Made by a program: the position numbers and the translations under genes. This document shows positions 1-10,900 of a DNA stretch of 64,000 nucleotides, piece after piece. Source of the stretch: Cyanophyceae cyanobacterium (GTDB lineage: Bacteria; Cyanobacteriota; Cyanobacteriia; Cyanobacteriales; Laspinemataceae); contig JBBQFN010000003.1 in the NCBI GenBank assembly GCA_038321985.1, positions 1 to 64,000 on the forward strand. Direction: 5' to 3'. The first letter of the stretch is position 1. Every line of letters begins with the position of its first letter. A model generated the notes under the pieces. The model was not told the origin of the DNA and did no database searches. It was given only the letters and a program-made list of their open reading frames with translations.

Positions 1-877
1 AAATTTTGACAACTTTCGGTTACGTCTTTTAGCAGCTTTTTCATCATAGTCATTATAAATTAGAGAGGTAGCCACTCAAAAACATTTAAACGCTCAGTAA
101 CTAATTAGAAAAACTTATCACCAAAAAGTCTGAAGAGCCATAATTTTTCATCCAATCTTAGAAAAGAGTGAGTTAGTCTGAACGTTTTTCTCCCCTGTTT
201 GCTTGGCCCTGCCCTCTTTTGTTACTCGATGGAGACAGCTTAATCCATAAATAATTAGCCGATCACGAGTAATCCAGTAGGGTACAGTCAGGTTTGCATT
301 CTAGGGTGTGGGTAGAGGGGAGAGAATACCAACTGGGGTTTTTAACACTGTCTCTGCTAATCAGCCCCAAATCAGGCCCCAAAAACCCATTTTTTTCTCC
401 TTGGCATTTAAATAGTGTGTCAACGCCCTAGCGTAGATTAATTATTCCAAGAAGTGTGTTTTTTGTCTATGATGAAAATACGGATTTTTTCTCAAGCAAA
501 CTATAAATTTACCCCGGTAAAGAATGAGGAAATAGAGGGTCTCAATGGGGCATAAAAGTTTTCAGAAGCTACTCAGGTCTCTGTGGTAGTCTCAGTGGAG
601 AGACCTGAGCCGCCCTGAGGAAAAAAGCAACCCCGGCCCACAATCAGGACTCTTTCACAGCATGAGTGCACACTATCACCTTGGAATTGGGTGTGCTCAA
701 GGAGAATCTTTCCCTGTAACGGAAAGCCAGCTTTAATCTACCCGGACTGAGGGAACTCAGGCAGGTTTCTGGAGCAATATTTTGCCCAGAAATAACCCAC
801 TTTTTTAGAAATCTGGAAACCTGGAAGTGCTTTATAGCGGTTTCCGGACTCATGAGGTACTCATAAAAATCAGTAGC

Positions 878-932
878 GGAGTGGGAGCAAGATGCTCGCT
901 CTTGAAGATAGCGAGCATCTTGCTCCCACTCC
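878..932. repeat. 23-bp perfect inverted repeat (REP-doublet-like hairpin)
   Basis: GGAGTGGGAGCAAGATGCTCGCT (878-900), 9-nt loop, AGCGAGCATCTTGCTCCCACTCC (910-932); each arm is itself partly palindromic. Confidence 0.85.
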
Positions 933-956
933 TAATAACTATCGGTACCTTATAAC

Positions 957-1028
957 TATGGAAAATGCTATAATTGTTGGGGAAAACTGGCAAAAATCTG
1001 TGGAAAACTGACATTAATCTGTGGAAAA
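957..1028 (-). promoter_or_regulatory. Array of four DnaA-box-like 9-mers at exact 21-bp period
   Basis: TATGGAAAA 957, TGGGGAAAA 978, TGTGGAAAA 999, TGTGGAAAA 1020; the reverse complement TTTTCCACA is the cyanobacterial DnaA box. Confidence 0.6.
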
Positions 1029-1090
1029 CCACAGATTTTTTAATAGCGATTCCCAACAGGGGTTATCCCCTTGCTCGCAAAGTCCGCCTA

Positions 1091-2020
1091 TTATTCAAGG
1101 GGTTGAGAAGAGTCCGGCGCATAGCTAATCTCAGAGGATTGATATCTTGGGGGTTCGATGTGAATCAAAATTCGTGCCGGGGAGTAACGCCCTTGTAAAC
1201 GTGCTTCCACTTCCTCCGTAATAGAGTGGGCGTTTTCTACATCATTGGCGTTAACAATCAGGTGCATTTCGATAAAAACCTGACGTCCAACCACTCCCCG
1301 AGACGCAATATCATGGCAGTTGATAACGCCGGGAACTTGCATTGTAATTTGATGAATGGCTTCTGGGGCGATCGCCATGTGATCCACTAACCAGGGCAAA
1401 TTATCGGACAATACTTCCCAACCACTTCTAAACACCAACAACGCCACGGGAAAGGCCAAAATCACATCTAACCATTGCAAAAAAGGCCAGCGACTGGCAA
1501 ACGTAACTGCAATCAACCCCGCCATCACCAAAATCGTGACCCAGACATCGCTCATGGTATGTTTGGCATCGGCAATCAGAATACTGCTACCAATTCGCCG
1601 ACCCACCGTGCGTTCGTAAAATGCCACAAAGATATTGATTCCTAAGACTCCCAGCAAAATCCCCAGTTCTCTAAGGGAAACTTCCACCGGGGTTACGCCG
1701 ATAAAAATTCGCGCGATCGCACTGCGGAGGATTTCAAAACAGGCCACCCCCAAAAAGGCCGCAATTCCCAAAGCCCCCACTGCATCAAACTTCTGATGTC
1801 CATAAGGATGTTCGCGATCGGGATGGGGAGAGGCGAAATGATTCGTCACCAATCCCAAAATATTATTGGCACTATCGGTGACGCTATGCAACGCATCGGC
1901 CAACAAACTCAGGGAACCCGTTAAGGTCCCCACCACGGCTTTAATTCCCAACACGACCAAATTTAAGCCCAGGGTAATCAGGAGTACCCGGCGAACTTCA
2001 ACCCGATTATCTGTAGTCAC
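1091..2020 (-). CDS. Cation diffusion facilitator (CDF/FieF-like) metal efflux transporter
   Basis: SLSLLADALHSVTD, HPDREHPYGHQK, ADAKHTMSD motifs; 6 TM segments; C-terminal ZT dimer domain ending IHIEP. Confidence 0.93.
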   Translation of the reverse strand: MTTDNRVEVRRVLLITLGLNLVVLGIKAVVGTLTGSLSLLADALHSVTDSANNILGLVTNHFASPHPDREHPYGHQKFDAVGALGIAAFLGVACFEILRSAIARIFIGVTPVEVSLRELGILLGVLGINIFVAFYERTVGRRIGSSILIADAKHTMSDVWVTILVMAGLIAVTFASRWPFLQWLDVILAFPVALLVFRSGWEVLSDNLPWLVDHMAIAPEAIHQITMQVPGVINCHDIASRGVVGRQVFIEMHLIVNANDVENAHSITEEVEARLQGRYSPARILIHIEPPRYQSSEISYAPDSSQPLE

Positions 2021-2143
2021 GGATCTTTACCTTATGCAACCTACAAAAATTGTAGGCGATTCGGTTTCTGTGGAAGTTCACAGATCCCAATGTCCCCCTT
2101 CCCCTTTACCATAAAGAAACCGAATATTAAAAGTAGATTCCTC

Positions 2144-2503
2144 ATGTCTGGTTCTCAACTCACCCTAAATTTAATCGAGGGTTCCGTCTCGTTTCGGTTC
2201 TCTCCCGAAGCAGCGCGGGACTTGCAGGCGGCAATCAACGCCCTCATGCAGCAGCTTAAAGCAGTCGCCTCTAAAGCAACCCCTGGTGCTGGTGGAGGCA
2301 AACCCACCCCCCAGAAACCAATGGAATATCGTTCCACTGGGGATGTGTTTTTAGAAATTTTCTGCAATCCAAATATTTACCCCACCCCTTTTGCCGCCAA
2401 GGTGCTGATTACCCTGCGCGACGATCGCATTCGCCTGAGTACCGAAGCCGAACTCACCCGTTTAGTCGAGGACCTCAATCTGTATTTAGAACAGGTGGGT
2501 TAA
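2144..2503 (+). CDS. Conserved cyanobacterial hypothetical protein
   Basis: ORF with likely ATG at 2144 (MSGSQLTLNLIEGSVSF...LEIFCNPNIYPTPFAAKV); protein-like composition. Confidence 0.75.
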   Translation: MSGSQLTLNLIEGSVSFRFSPEAARDLQAAINALMQQLKAVASKATPGAGGGKPTPQKPMEYRSTGDVFLEIFCNPNIYPTPFAAKVLITLRDDRIRLSTEAELTRLVEDLNLYLEQVG

Positions 2504-2632
2504 TTGAATGCAGTCTTAAAAGCGGGTTGGGGAAAAAGTTTAGAACCCGAAGGGCGATCGCTTCCCAACCTTGGACAAACACGCCCTTAACATTCTCTCT
2601 AAATTCATGGATTTTCAAAAGCAGTAGATTCG

Positions 2633-3403
2633 ATGCAAGTCGTTATTCTAGCGGGGGGTCTAGGCACTCGCCTCGCTGAACAAACCGAAGTCAAGCCTAA
2701 ACCCTTGGTCGAAATTGGGGGCAGACCTATCCTTTGGCATATCATGAAACTCTATGCCCATTATGGGTCTAAGGAGTTTTTTATGGCCTTGGGTTATAAA
2801 GGGGAAGCCATCAAGCGTTATTTCCTAGATTACTATCCCCTGAATGGAAATATGACCGTGAATCTGACCCAAGGTCAGGTTCAAGTTCATAATAGTGAAT
2901 CGGAGGATTGGACCGTAAACCTGATTGAAACCGGACTTGATACCCTCACTGGAGGACGAGTCAAACGCCTAAAACCTTGGTTGAAGAATCAACCTTTTAT
3001 GGTTACCTACGGAGATGGTGTCAGTAATATTAATCTCCAAGAATTATTAGCCTTTCATCGGTCCCAGGGACGACTAGCCACCTTAACTGCGGTTCGTCCT
3101 CCCGCCCGATTTGGGGGGATTATTTTTGAGGGAAATTTGGTAGCAAAATTCACAGAAAAACCCCAAATTGGCGAAGGCTGGATTAATGGCGGATTTCTGG
3201 TTTTAGAACCGGGGATTTTCGATTATTTAGAAGGGGATCAAACCAGCTTGGAAGCCGAAGGATTGGAACGGTTAGCAGAAGCGGGTCAGTTAGCCGCTTA
3301 TCGCCATGAAGGCTTTTGGCAATGTATGGATACGCTGCGGGATGTGCGGCTGTTAGAAAGTTTGTGGGAAGGGGGAAATCCACCTTGGAAGGTATGGGGT
3401 TAA
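2633..3403 (+). CDS. rfbF: Glucose-1-phosphate cytidylyltransferase
   Basis: [57 protein letters not shown]. Confidence 0.96.
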   Translation: MQVVILAGGLGTRLAEQTEVKPKPLVEIGGRPILWHIMKLYAHYGSKEFFMALGYKGEAIKRYFLDYYPLNGNMTVNLTQGQVQVHNSESEDWTVNLIETGLDTLTGGRVKRLKPWLKNQPFMVTYGDGVSNINLQELLAFHRSQGRLATLTAVRPPARFGGIIFEGNLVAKFTEKPQIGEGWINGGFLVLEPGIFDYLEGDQTSLEAEGLERLAEAGQLAAYRHEGFWQCMDTLRDVRLLESLWEGGNPPWKVWG

Positions 3404-4416
3404 ATGTAAGGGGCGATTCTCGTTCCGAGACGCTGCGCGAACGCCGCTTTTGGCAGGATCGTCCAACCTTGATTTCAGGGGCCACTGGCCTGGTTGGGGG
3501 TTGGGTGGTTAAGCAATTACTGGACTTAGGCGCGGATGTGGTCTGTCTGGTTCGCGATTGGGTTCCTCAAAGTGAACTGGTCCGTAGTCATCGGATTGAG
3601 CAAGTAAAAATTGTCCGGGGGGATATTCAGGACCAATCGCTGTTAGAACGAGCGATGGGAGAATATGAAATAGATACGGTGATTCATTTGGCGGCACAAA
3701 CCATTGTGGCGATCGCCAACCGCAATCCTATCTCTACCTTTGAGTCGAATATTGCGGGTACTTGGTCGCTTTTAGAAGCCTGCCGCAATAGTCCTACGGT
3801 GAAGCAAATCATCCTCGCTTCATCGGATAAAGCTTACGGCGAAGCACAGAAACTCCCCTACAATGAAGAGACTCCTTTAATTGGACGTCACCCCTATGAT
3901 GTCAGCAAATCTTGTGCCGATTTAATTGCCCAAGCATATGCTAAAACTTATGATTTACCTGTAGTAATTACCCGGTGTGGTAACTTTTACGGGGGCGGTG
4001 ATTTGAATTGGAATCGCCTCGTACCGGGAACAATTCGAGCAGTGTTACGCGGCGAGCGACCGATCATCCGTTCCGACGGCGAGTATATTCGAGATTACTT
4101 CTATGTCGAAGATGGTGCTGCTGCCTATACCCTTCTAGCCGAAGAACTCGCGCAGAACCGGGATTTACGGGGTCAAGCCTTTAATTTTTCCACGGAAACC
4201 CAACTAACCGTTTTGGAATTAGTTGATCAGATTTTAAACTTAATGGATTCTAATTTAGAACCGGATATTAGAGGAGAAGCCTCTAACGAAATTCGCTATC
4301 AGTATTTAAGTGCAGCCAAAGCTAAAAAACTGCTCAATTGGCATCCTTTATTCTCCCTAGAGGAAGGATTGAACCGCACGATTGATTGGTATAAAACATT
4401 CTTGGGGGTTTGCTGA
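3394..4416 (+). CDS. NDP-sugar 4,6-dehydratase (CDP-glucose 4,6-dehydratase/RfbG-like SDR)
   Basis: [39 protein letters not shown]; follows rfbF; start ATG at 3394 inferred. Confidence 0.88.
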   Translation: MGLNVRGDSRSETLRERRFWQDRPTLISGATGLVGGWVVKQLLDLGADVVCLVRDWVPQSELVRSHRIEQVKIVRGDIQDQSLLERAMGEYEIDTVIHLAAQTIVAIANRNPISTFESNIAGTWSLLEACRNSPTVKQIILASSDKAYGEAQKLPYNEETPLIGRHPYDVSKSCADLIAQAYAKTYDLPVVITRCGNFYGGGDLNWNRLVPGTIRAVLRGERPIIRSDGEYIRDYFYVEDGAAAYTLLAEELAQNRDLRGQAFNFSTETQLTVLELVDQILNLMDSNLEPDIRGEASNEIRYQYLSAAKAKKLLNWHPLFSLEEGLNRTIDWYKTFLGVC

Positions 4417-5660
4417 TGGGCGGTTTATTTAATCTGTGTAGATCCTGTGGAGAACCTGGATTACAGCTGATTCTATCTTTAGGAAAAACACCTTTGGCAA
4501 ATGCTTTACTCACCGCAGCGCAACTTAGCGAACCGGAACTAAAATATCCTCTTGACCTGGCGTTTTGCCCCCACTGTACGTTAGTTCAAATTACAGAAAC
4601 GGTACCGCCTGAGCAACTGTTTCGGGAGTATGTTTATTTTTCTTCATTTTCTGATACGGTATTGGAAAATGCTAAAACGATAGCGACTCGATTAATAGGG
4701 GATCGCCACTTATCCTCTGATAGTTTGGTCGTAGAAATTGCCAGCAATGATGGCTATCTGCTTCAGTATTATCATCAACAAGGGATTCCTGTCCTGGGTA
4801 TTGAACCAGCGGTCAATATTGCCAGCGTCGCCCAAAATCAGCGAGCAATACCTACCCTCAGTGAGTTTTTTGACGAAACCCTCGCCCACCAACTCAAACA
4901 GCAGGGAAAACAAGCTGACCTTATTCATGCCAATAACGTTCTCGCCCATGTCCCGGATTTGAACGGCTTTGTTGCTGGAATTAATATCGTTTTGAAAGAC
5001 CAAGGCATAGCGGTAATTGAGGTACCTTACCTCAAAGAATTAATTGAGCGCGTCGAATTTGATACCATCTATCATGAGCATCTCTGTTACTTTTCTTTAA
5101 CCGCCCTAGACTGCCTATTTCAGCGACATGGCTTGATGATCGTAGAGGTGGAAGAGCTACCGATTCATGGGGGTTCTTTACGGATATTTGTGCAGAAAGA
5201 AAACAGCGGTTTAAGCGGGCGATCAGCTCAAGTCAGTGAACTATTGTCAGCCGAAATGAATGGAGGATTCAATTATCTTAAATTTTATCAAGGATTTAGC
5301 CAGAAAGTCGAACATTTGCGCGATAATCTTTTAAAAGTCTTGCAAGACTTAAAAAGTAGAAACAAGAAGATTGCCGTTTATGGAGCCTCTGCTAAAGGGA
5401 GTACGTTACTCAACTATTGTGGCATCGATAAAAATATTTTAGCTTTTGTTGTAGACCGCAGCCAGATTAAGCAAGGTCGCTATACTCCGGGTACCCATTT
5501 ACCTATTTATGACCCCGAAAAATTATTAGAATTCAGGCCAGATTATGTCTTACTCCTCACCTGGAATTTTGCCGAGGAAATTCTAAAACAACAGGCCGAA
5601 TATAGGGAACGAGGCGGGCGATTTATCATTCCAATTCCCGAAGTCAAAATTATTGAATAA
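4416..5660 (+). CDS. NDP-hexose C-methyltransferase (TylC3/NovU-like; Zn-binding N-terminus, class I SAM)
   Basis: CRSC...CPHC zinc motif, [42 protein letters not shown]. Confidence 0.92.
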   Translation: MGGLFNLCRSCGEPGLQLILSLGKTPLANALLTAAQLSEPELKYPLDLAFCPHCTLVQITETVPPEQLFREYVYFSSFSDTVLENAKTIATRLIGDRHLSSDSLVVEIASNDGYLLQYYHQQGIPVLGIEPAVNIASVAQNQRAIPTLSEFFDETLAHQLKQQGKQADLIHANNVLAHVPDLNGFVAGINIVLKDQGIAVIEVPYLKELIERVEFDTIYHEHLCYFSLTALDCLFQRHGLMIVEVEELPIHGGSLRIFVQKENSGLSGRSAQVSELLSAEMNGGFNYLKFYQGFSQKVEHLRDNLLKVLQDLKSRNKKIAVYGASAKGSTLLNYCGIDKNILAFVVDRSQIKQGRYTPGTHLPIYDPEKLLEFRPDYVLLLTWNFAEEILKQQAEYRERGGRFIIPIPEVKIIE

Positions 5661-5687
5661 ATTACTGGATAGAAGAGAAAATAAATC

Positions 5688-6221
5688 GTGATTTTTAAAG
5701 AAACAGAACTAGACGGTGTATTAATTATCGAACCCCAACCGTTAAAAGACGACCGGGGATTTTTTGCGAGAACTTGGTGTCACAGAGAATTTGAGAATCG
5801 GGGATTAAATTCTGCCCTCGTGCAGTGTAATATATCCTTTAACTCAAAACAGGGAACGCTCCGAGGGATGCACTATCAAGCTAGCCCTCATGCCGAAACA
5901 AAATTAGTTCGATGTACCCGGGGTGCTATTTATGATGTCATTATCGATTTGCGTACAGAATCTCCCACCTTTACCCAGTGGGTTGGGGTAGAACTCAACG
6001 CAGAAAACCACCAGATGCTTTACATCCCGGAGGGATTTGCTCATGGGTTTCAAACCTTAGCCGACAATACCGAAGTCTTTTATCAAATGTCTGAATTTTA
6101 TCATCCCGGCAGTGCTAGAGGGGTTCGATGGAACGACCCTACATTTTCAATAAAATGGCCGACTACTGATAATTTAATTATTTCTAGTAAAGATAACGAC
6201 TATGCCAACTTAACCTTATGA
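5688..6221 (+). CDS. rfbC: NDP-4-keto-6-deoxyhexose 3,5-epimerase (RmlC family)
   Basis: DDRGFF, TLRGMHYQ, KLVRC..GAIYDVIIDLR, GFAHGFQTL. Confidence 0.93.
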   Translation: MIFKETELDGVLIIEPQPLKDDRGFFARTWCHREFENRGLNSALVQCNISFNSKQGTLRGMHYQASPHAETKLVRCTRGAIYDVIIDLRTESPTFTQWVGVELNAENHQMLYIPEGFAHGFQTLADNTEVFYQMSEFYHPGSARGVRWNDPTFSIKWPTTDNLIISSKDNDYANLTL

Positions 6222-7126
6222 AAAAAGTATTAATAACAGGAGGAAGAGGGTTTATCGGACAGCACTGTTTGCCCTTATTGTTAGCCAAAAACTACGAAGT
6301 TCATGCCGTCTCCTCACAACCTGTAAATCAATTTAATTCCAATATTTACTGGCATCAAGCGAATCTTTTAAAACCTGAAGAAGTATCCCGGTTACTTTCC
6401 AAAATTAAACCGACCCACTTATTACACTTTGCGTGGTTTGCGATACCTGGGGAATACTGGACTTCCTTAGAAAATTTTAAATGGGTGGAAGGGAGTTTAA
6501 ATTTATTACAAGAATTTGCCCACTCGGGAGGAGAAAGAGTGGTCATGGCCGGAACCTGTGCCGAGTACAATTGGAACTATGGATACTGTTCGGAAAAAGT
6601 GACTCCCTTAGTCCCTAAAACTTTGTATGGAGTGTGTAAAAATTCGCTTCAGAGTATGGTAGATGCCTTTGCTCAAAAAACTGGAATCACCAGCGCTTGG
6701 GGACGAATATTTTTTGCTTATGGACCTCATGAATATGGCGATCGCCTCGTTCCTTCTGTGATTCGTTCCCTATTGCAAGGAAAAACTGCACCTTGTTCTC
6801 ATGGGAACCAAATTCGAGATTTTCTCTATGTTAAAGATGTAGCAGATGCCTTTGTTACCTTGTTAGACAGTCCGGTTTCCGGTCCAATTAATATTGCATC
6901 CGGTCAACCCGTTACCTTAAAGGATATAATCTACCAGATTGCCGAAATCCTGAATCGGTCAGAGTTGATTGAACTCGGAGTTATTCCCACTTCTGCAAAC
7001 GAACCCCCTCTACTTGTGGGGGATATAAGTCGGTTAAGGAATGAGCTATGTTGGCAACCCCAATTTAGTTTAAATCAGGGATTACATGAAGCAATTACCT
7101 GGTGGAAAAATCAGACAGAGGGATAG
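6218..7126 (+). CDS. NAD-dependent epimerase/4-ketoreductase (SDR)
   Basis: ITGGRGFIG, GTCAEY, YGVCK, RDFLYVKDVA; ATGA overlap with the epimerase gene. Confidence 0.88.
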   Translation: MKKVLITGGRGFIGQHCLPLLLAKNYEVHAVSSQPVNQFNSNIYWHQANLLKPEEVSRLLSKIKPTHLLHFAWFAIPGEYWTSLENFKWVEGSLNLLQEFAHSGGERVVMAGTCAEYNWNYGYCSEKVTPLVPKTLYGVCKNSLQSMVDAFAQKTGITSAWGRIFFAYGPHEYGDRLVPSVIRSLLQGKTAPCSHGNQIRDFLYVKDVADAFVTLLDSPVSGPINIASGQPVTLKDIIYQIAEILNRSELIELGVIPTSANEPPLLVGDISRLRNELCWQPQFSLNQGLHEAITWWKNQTEG

Positions 7127-7140
7127 AGGAAGTCAGATTC

Positions 7141-7914
7141 ATGAAATTGATAATCGATACAGATAACCAACAACTCATCCAAGAAATTGACGGGAACCAG
7201 GTCTGTTTAGATTTGTATTCTAAACAAGCCTTTGAACTGATTTCCCAACAATGGTTGAAAGTGGGATGGAATCAAAAATATCCTTATATTTTTACCTGGA
7301 TGGGAAGACCGATTATCCAACTTCCGGAGGATATGATCCGGACCCAAGAAGTAATCTATCGAGTGCAACCGGATGTGATTATAGAAACTGGAGTTGCTCA
7401 TGGGGGGTCATTAATTTATTATGCCAGTTTGTGTAAAGCAATGGAAAAAGGGAGAGTGATTGGGATTGACGTTGAGATTCGACCCCACAACCGCAAGGCG
7501 ATCGAAGCTCACGAACTTTTCCCTTACATTACCTTAATAGAAGGTAACTCCATAGAACCGGAACTCGTCCGTCAGGTTAAATCGACGGTGAAACCAGGAG
7601 AGACGGTGATGGTTATTCTCGATTCTTGCCATACAAAAGCGCACGTTCTCGCCGAGTTAGAAGCCTACGCAGACTTAGTAACCCCGGGTTCTTATCTGGT
7701 GGCAACCGATGGAATTATGAAAGAAGTGAGTGATGTACCTAGAGGTCAAGCCGAGTGGCATTGTGATAATCCAAAAGCGGCAGCAGCAGAATTTGCTCAA
7801 CAGCATCTTGAGTTTATATTAAAACAACCGGAATGGCCGTTTAATGAAAGTGAATTAACGAAAAATGTGACCCATTGGCCCGGGGCTTGGTTGCAGAGAA
7901 AGGAATTAATTTAA
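7141..7914 (+). CDS. CmcI-family (cephalosporin hydroxylase-like / rhamnosyl) O-methyltransferase
   Basis: FTWMGRPIIQLPEDM, PDVIIETGVAHGGS, VILDSCHTKAHVLAEL, GSYLVATD. Confidence 0.9.
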   Translation: MKLIIDTDNQQLIQEIDGNQVCLDLYSKQAFELISQQWLKVGWNQKYPYIFTWMGRPIIQLPEDMIRTQEVIYRVQPDVIIETGVAHGGSLIYYASLCKAMEKGRVIGIDVEIRPHNRKAIEAHELFPYITLIEGNSIEPELVRQVKSTVKPGETVMVILDSCHTKAHVLAELEAYADLVTPGSYLVATDGIMKEVSDVPRGQAEWHCDNPKAAAAEFAQQHLEFILKQPEWPFNESELTKNVTHWPGAWLQRKELI

Positions 7915-7932
7915 ACAAGAGAGGGAAACCCG

Positions 7933-10900
7933 ATGAAAGAGACTCCACCTTTAGTCAGTATTGGAATGCCAGTTTATAACGGCGATCGCTACCTCTGTTT
8001 AGCCCTAGATTCCATCCTAGCCCAGGATTATCAAAATTTTGAACTCATTATTTCTGATAATAACTCGATGGATTCTACCTCTAAAATTTGCGAACAATAT
8101 ACAGCTAAAGATAGTCGAATTAGATATTTCAGGAACCCAGAAAATATGGGTTCCACTCAAAATTTCAATCGGGTTTTTGAGCAGTCTCACGGTGAATATT
8201 TCATGTGGGCCGCCCATGATGATTTATGGGACAAGACCTATTTAAGAAAAGCCGTTAATAAATTAAAAGAAACACCCAACGCTGTATTATGCTGTTGTGA
8301 CGTGGTTTTTATTGATGATCAAGGAAGCGTCATCCCCGAATGGACCGCTAATCCTAAAAAACAGAATATGGAAACGTTGGGAATGAATGTGGTGCAAAGA
8401 AGTCACCAACTCCTTACTAAAGCCGGATGGTACACGATTTATAGTTTAATTCGTAAAGAAGCCTTAATCAAAACAAATTTATTTGCAGAAGAGTATGGAC
8501 CCGATGTCATTATTTTACAAGAACTCAATTTACTAGGAGAATTTGTAAAAATTAAAGAGCCTTTATTTTTTTATCGACTCCATGACCAGCAAGACCAGAC
8601 AGAAAAATACCACAGTCAAAAACAACAAGGAAAAGCCCCCTATTCAAACTTAGTCAGAAATCTTTTAAAAACAATCTGGACTTCTCAGTTAGAAGAGGCA
8701 GTAAAACAGGAGATAAAGACAGATTTTATCGAAACCTTGTGCTTTCACAACTCGGATTTACTACTTTTGATAGCTGATGAACAATCATTTCCCATCCACT
8801 CCTCAGTGACTTCAAAACAACTTAAAGAGTTTATGGCAACCTTGCTAGACTTGGGGACGGCACTCACCCCGGATAGAACCCCCAGTGGTTTACAAACTCA
8901 GGGCAAAAAAAGAGCTATTGTTGCCTATCATAATCATGTTTATCCCCCGCGTTATGCCTCCGATCGCCGATGTTTGTCTGTCATCCAAGCCTTGCAGCAA
9001 TTAGAGTATGAAGTAACTTTGTTTAGTTCCAACTTGTTTAGCAATATCCCTTGGGAAGAAAAAAGCATTAACTGCCTAGAACAGGAGGTGGGAATTAACG
9101 TCGAAATTCACTACGTTACAGCCAGCGATCTCCAATTTGTTGAGGAAGAATTTAAAAAAGCAGGGGGACGGCAATGGTGGAATATGTATTCCCCGGGTTT
9201 GCGGGAACAATTTCGACAACTTTTTACTAGGTTACACCCTGATTTAGTGCTGATTAATTATGCATTTTGGGGAGAATTGGCGATCGGCAATCAATTTAAG
9301 TCTGCCGTGAGAGTCATTGATACCCTGGATTTGTTAAGCTTAAATCAAAAAATGGCCGCCTTAGTCTTTAGATTTTTAAACCAACGGCAAACTGAACCAG
9401 ATTTTTTGAACGAAAACTTTTTCTCTAAATATTCCCTCAGTGTCGATCCCGAAGAATACAAGCTCTACGATTGCTACGATTTTACAGTAGCAATTAATTC
9501 AGAAGAAAAAACTCTAATTCAACAAAATACCACTCATACAAAAGTCGTTCATATACCCTTTGCTTTGCCAGTTAAACCCCTTAACAATACTTATGAAAAA
9601 AATCCGATCTTTGCGATTGGCCCCAATCCTTTTAATTACCAAGCCTATCTATATTTTACTCGAAAAGTCCTCCCTAAAATTTTAGCTCAAATTCCCGAAT
9701 TTTTACTGAATGTTGTTGGGGATGGATGTAAAAATTTAGCCCCCACTCAGGGAATTCATTTACTGGGTTTCGTTCCGGACTTAGAACGACTGTATCAGGA
9801 AAGCTGCTTTGCAATCTGTCCCATGATTGGAGGAACGGGTCAGCAACTCAAAGTCCTAGAGGCGATGGCTCATAGTTTACCCGTCATTGCCCTAGAAAAT
9901 GTTGCTGATCGATGTCCTATTGAACATCAAATTAATGGCTTAATTGCTAAAAATGCTGATGAATTTGCTCAATATACCCTAGAATTATTTCAAAATCCAA
10001 CTCAGTGCCGTATCTTAGGAGAAGCGGCACGCCAAACGATCTCAGAAAATTTTTCTGAAAAAATATTAGTAGAATCTATGAAAGAAATTACCCATCGATC
10101 TCCCGTTACCTTGCCACCGAAAAAAATCACTGCCCTCATTGATGGAGTCTTTTATCAAATTAACAACACCGGCATCGCTCGCGTTTGGATATCGCTATTG
10201 CAAGAATGGGTGAAAACTGGATTTGCCAAACAACTTTTATTCCTAGACCGCGCTGGAACAGCCCCCCGAATTCCCGGCATCAAATATCTTTGCATTCCTA
10301 GTTATGACTACAATAATACCGAGGCCGATCGCAATTTATTGCAAAAAATTTGCGATGAAGAAAGCGCTGATATCTTTATCTCAACCTACTACACCACTCC
10401 TCTATCAACCCCCTCGGTGTTCATGGCTTATGACATGATTCCAGAACGGTATCAAACCAATCTGAATGCCGCCATGTGGCGCGAAAAACATCAAGGCATC
10501 CGTCATGGTTCCGCCTATATTACTATTTCTGAACAAACTGCCTCTGATCTGGTCGAATTTTTCCCGGAAATTCCTCGCGATCGCGTGACAGTTGCTCCTT
10601 GCGGAATTCAGCCTGAATTTGTTCCGGCACCTCCGGCAGAAATTACCGCGTTTAAATCCAAATACCACCTCTCAAAACCTTATTTCCTGTGGGTCGGTAG
10701 CCGCAGCAATATTAACAGGTATAAAAACGCGATTTTATTCTTTCAGGCATTTGCACAACTCGCCAACCGCCGAGAATTCGAGATTCTCTGTGTAGGAGGG
10801 GAAGCCCAATTAGAAGCGGAATTTCAACCCTACGTCACGGATACCCAGATTCACCTCCTCAAATTGAGTGACCCAGAATTGCGATTAGCTTATTCTGGTG

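Noticed and set aside
1..53. Possible start of a minus-strand gene (MTMMKKLLKDVTESCQN...) running off the window
   Set aside because: Only 17 codons are visible and no family is recognisable
957..1028. Possible CRISPR mini-array
   Set aside because: A 9-14-bp unit at 21-bp period is far too short for repeat-spacer structure, and there are no cas genes
644..1198. Short ORFs 644-853, 850-1056 and 974-1198
   Set aside because: They overlap hairpins and the 21-bp repeat array and have no protein-like motifs
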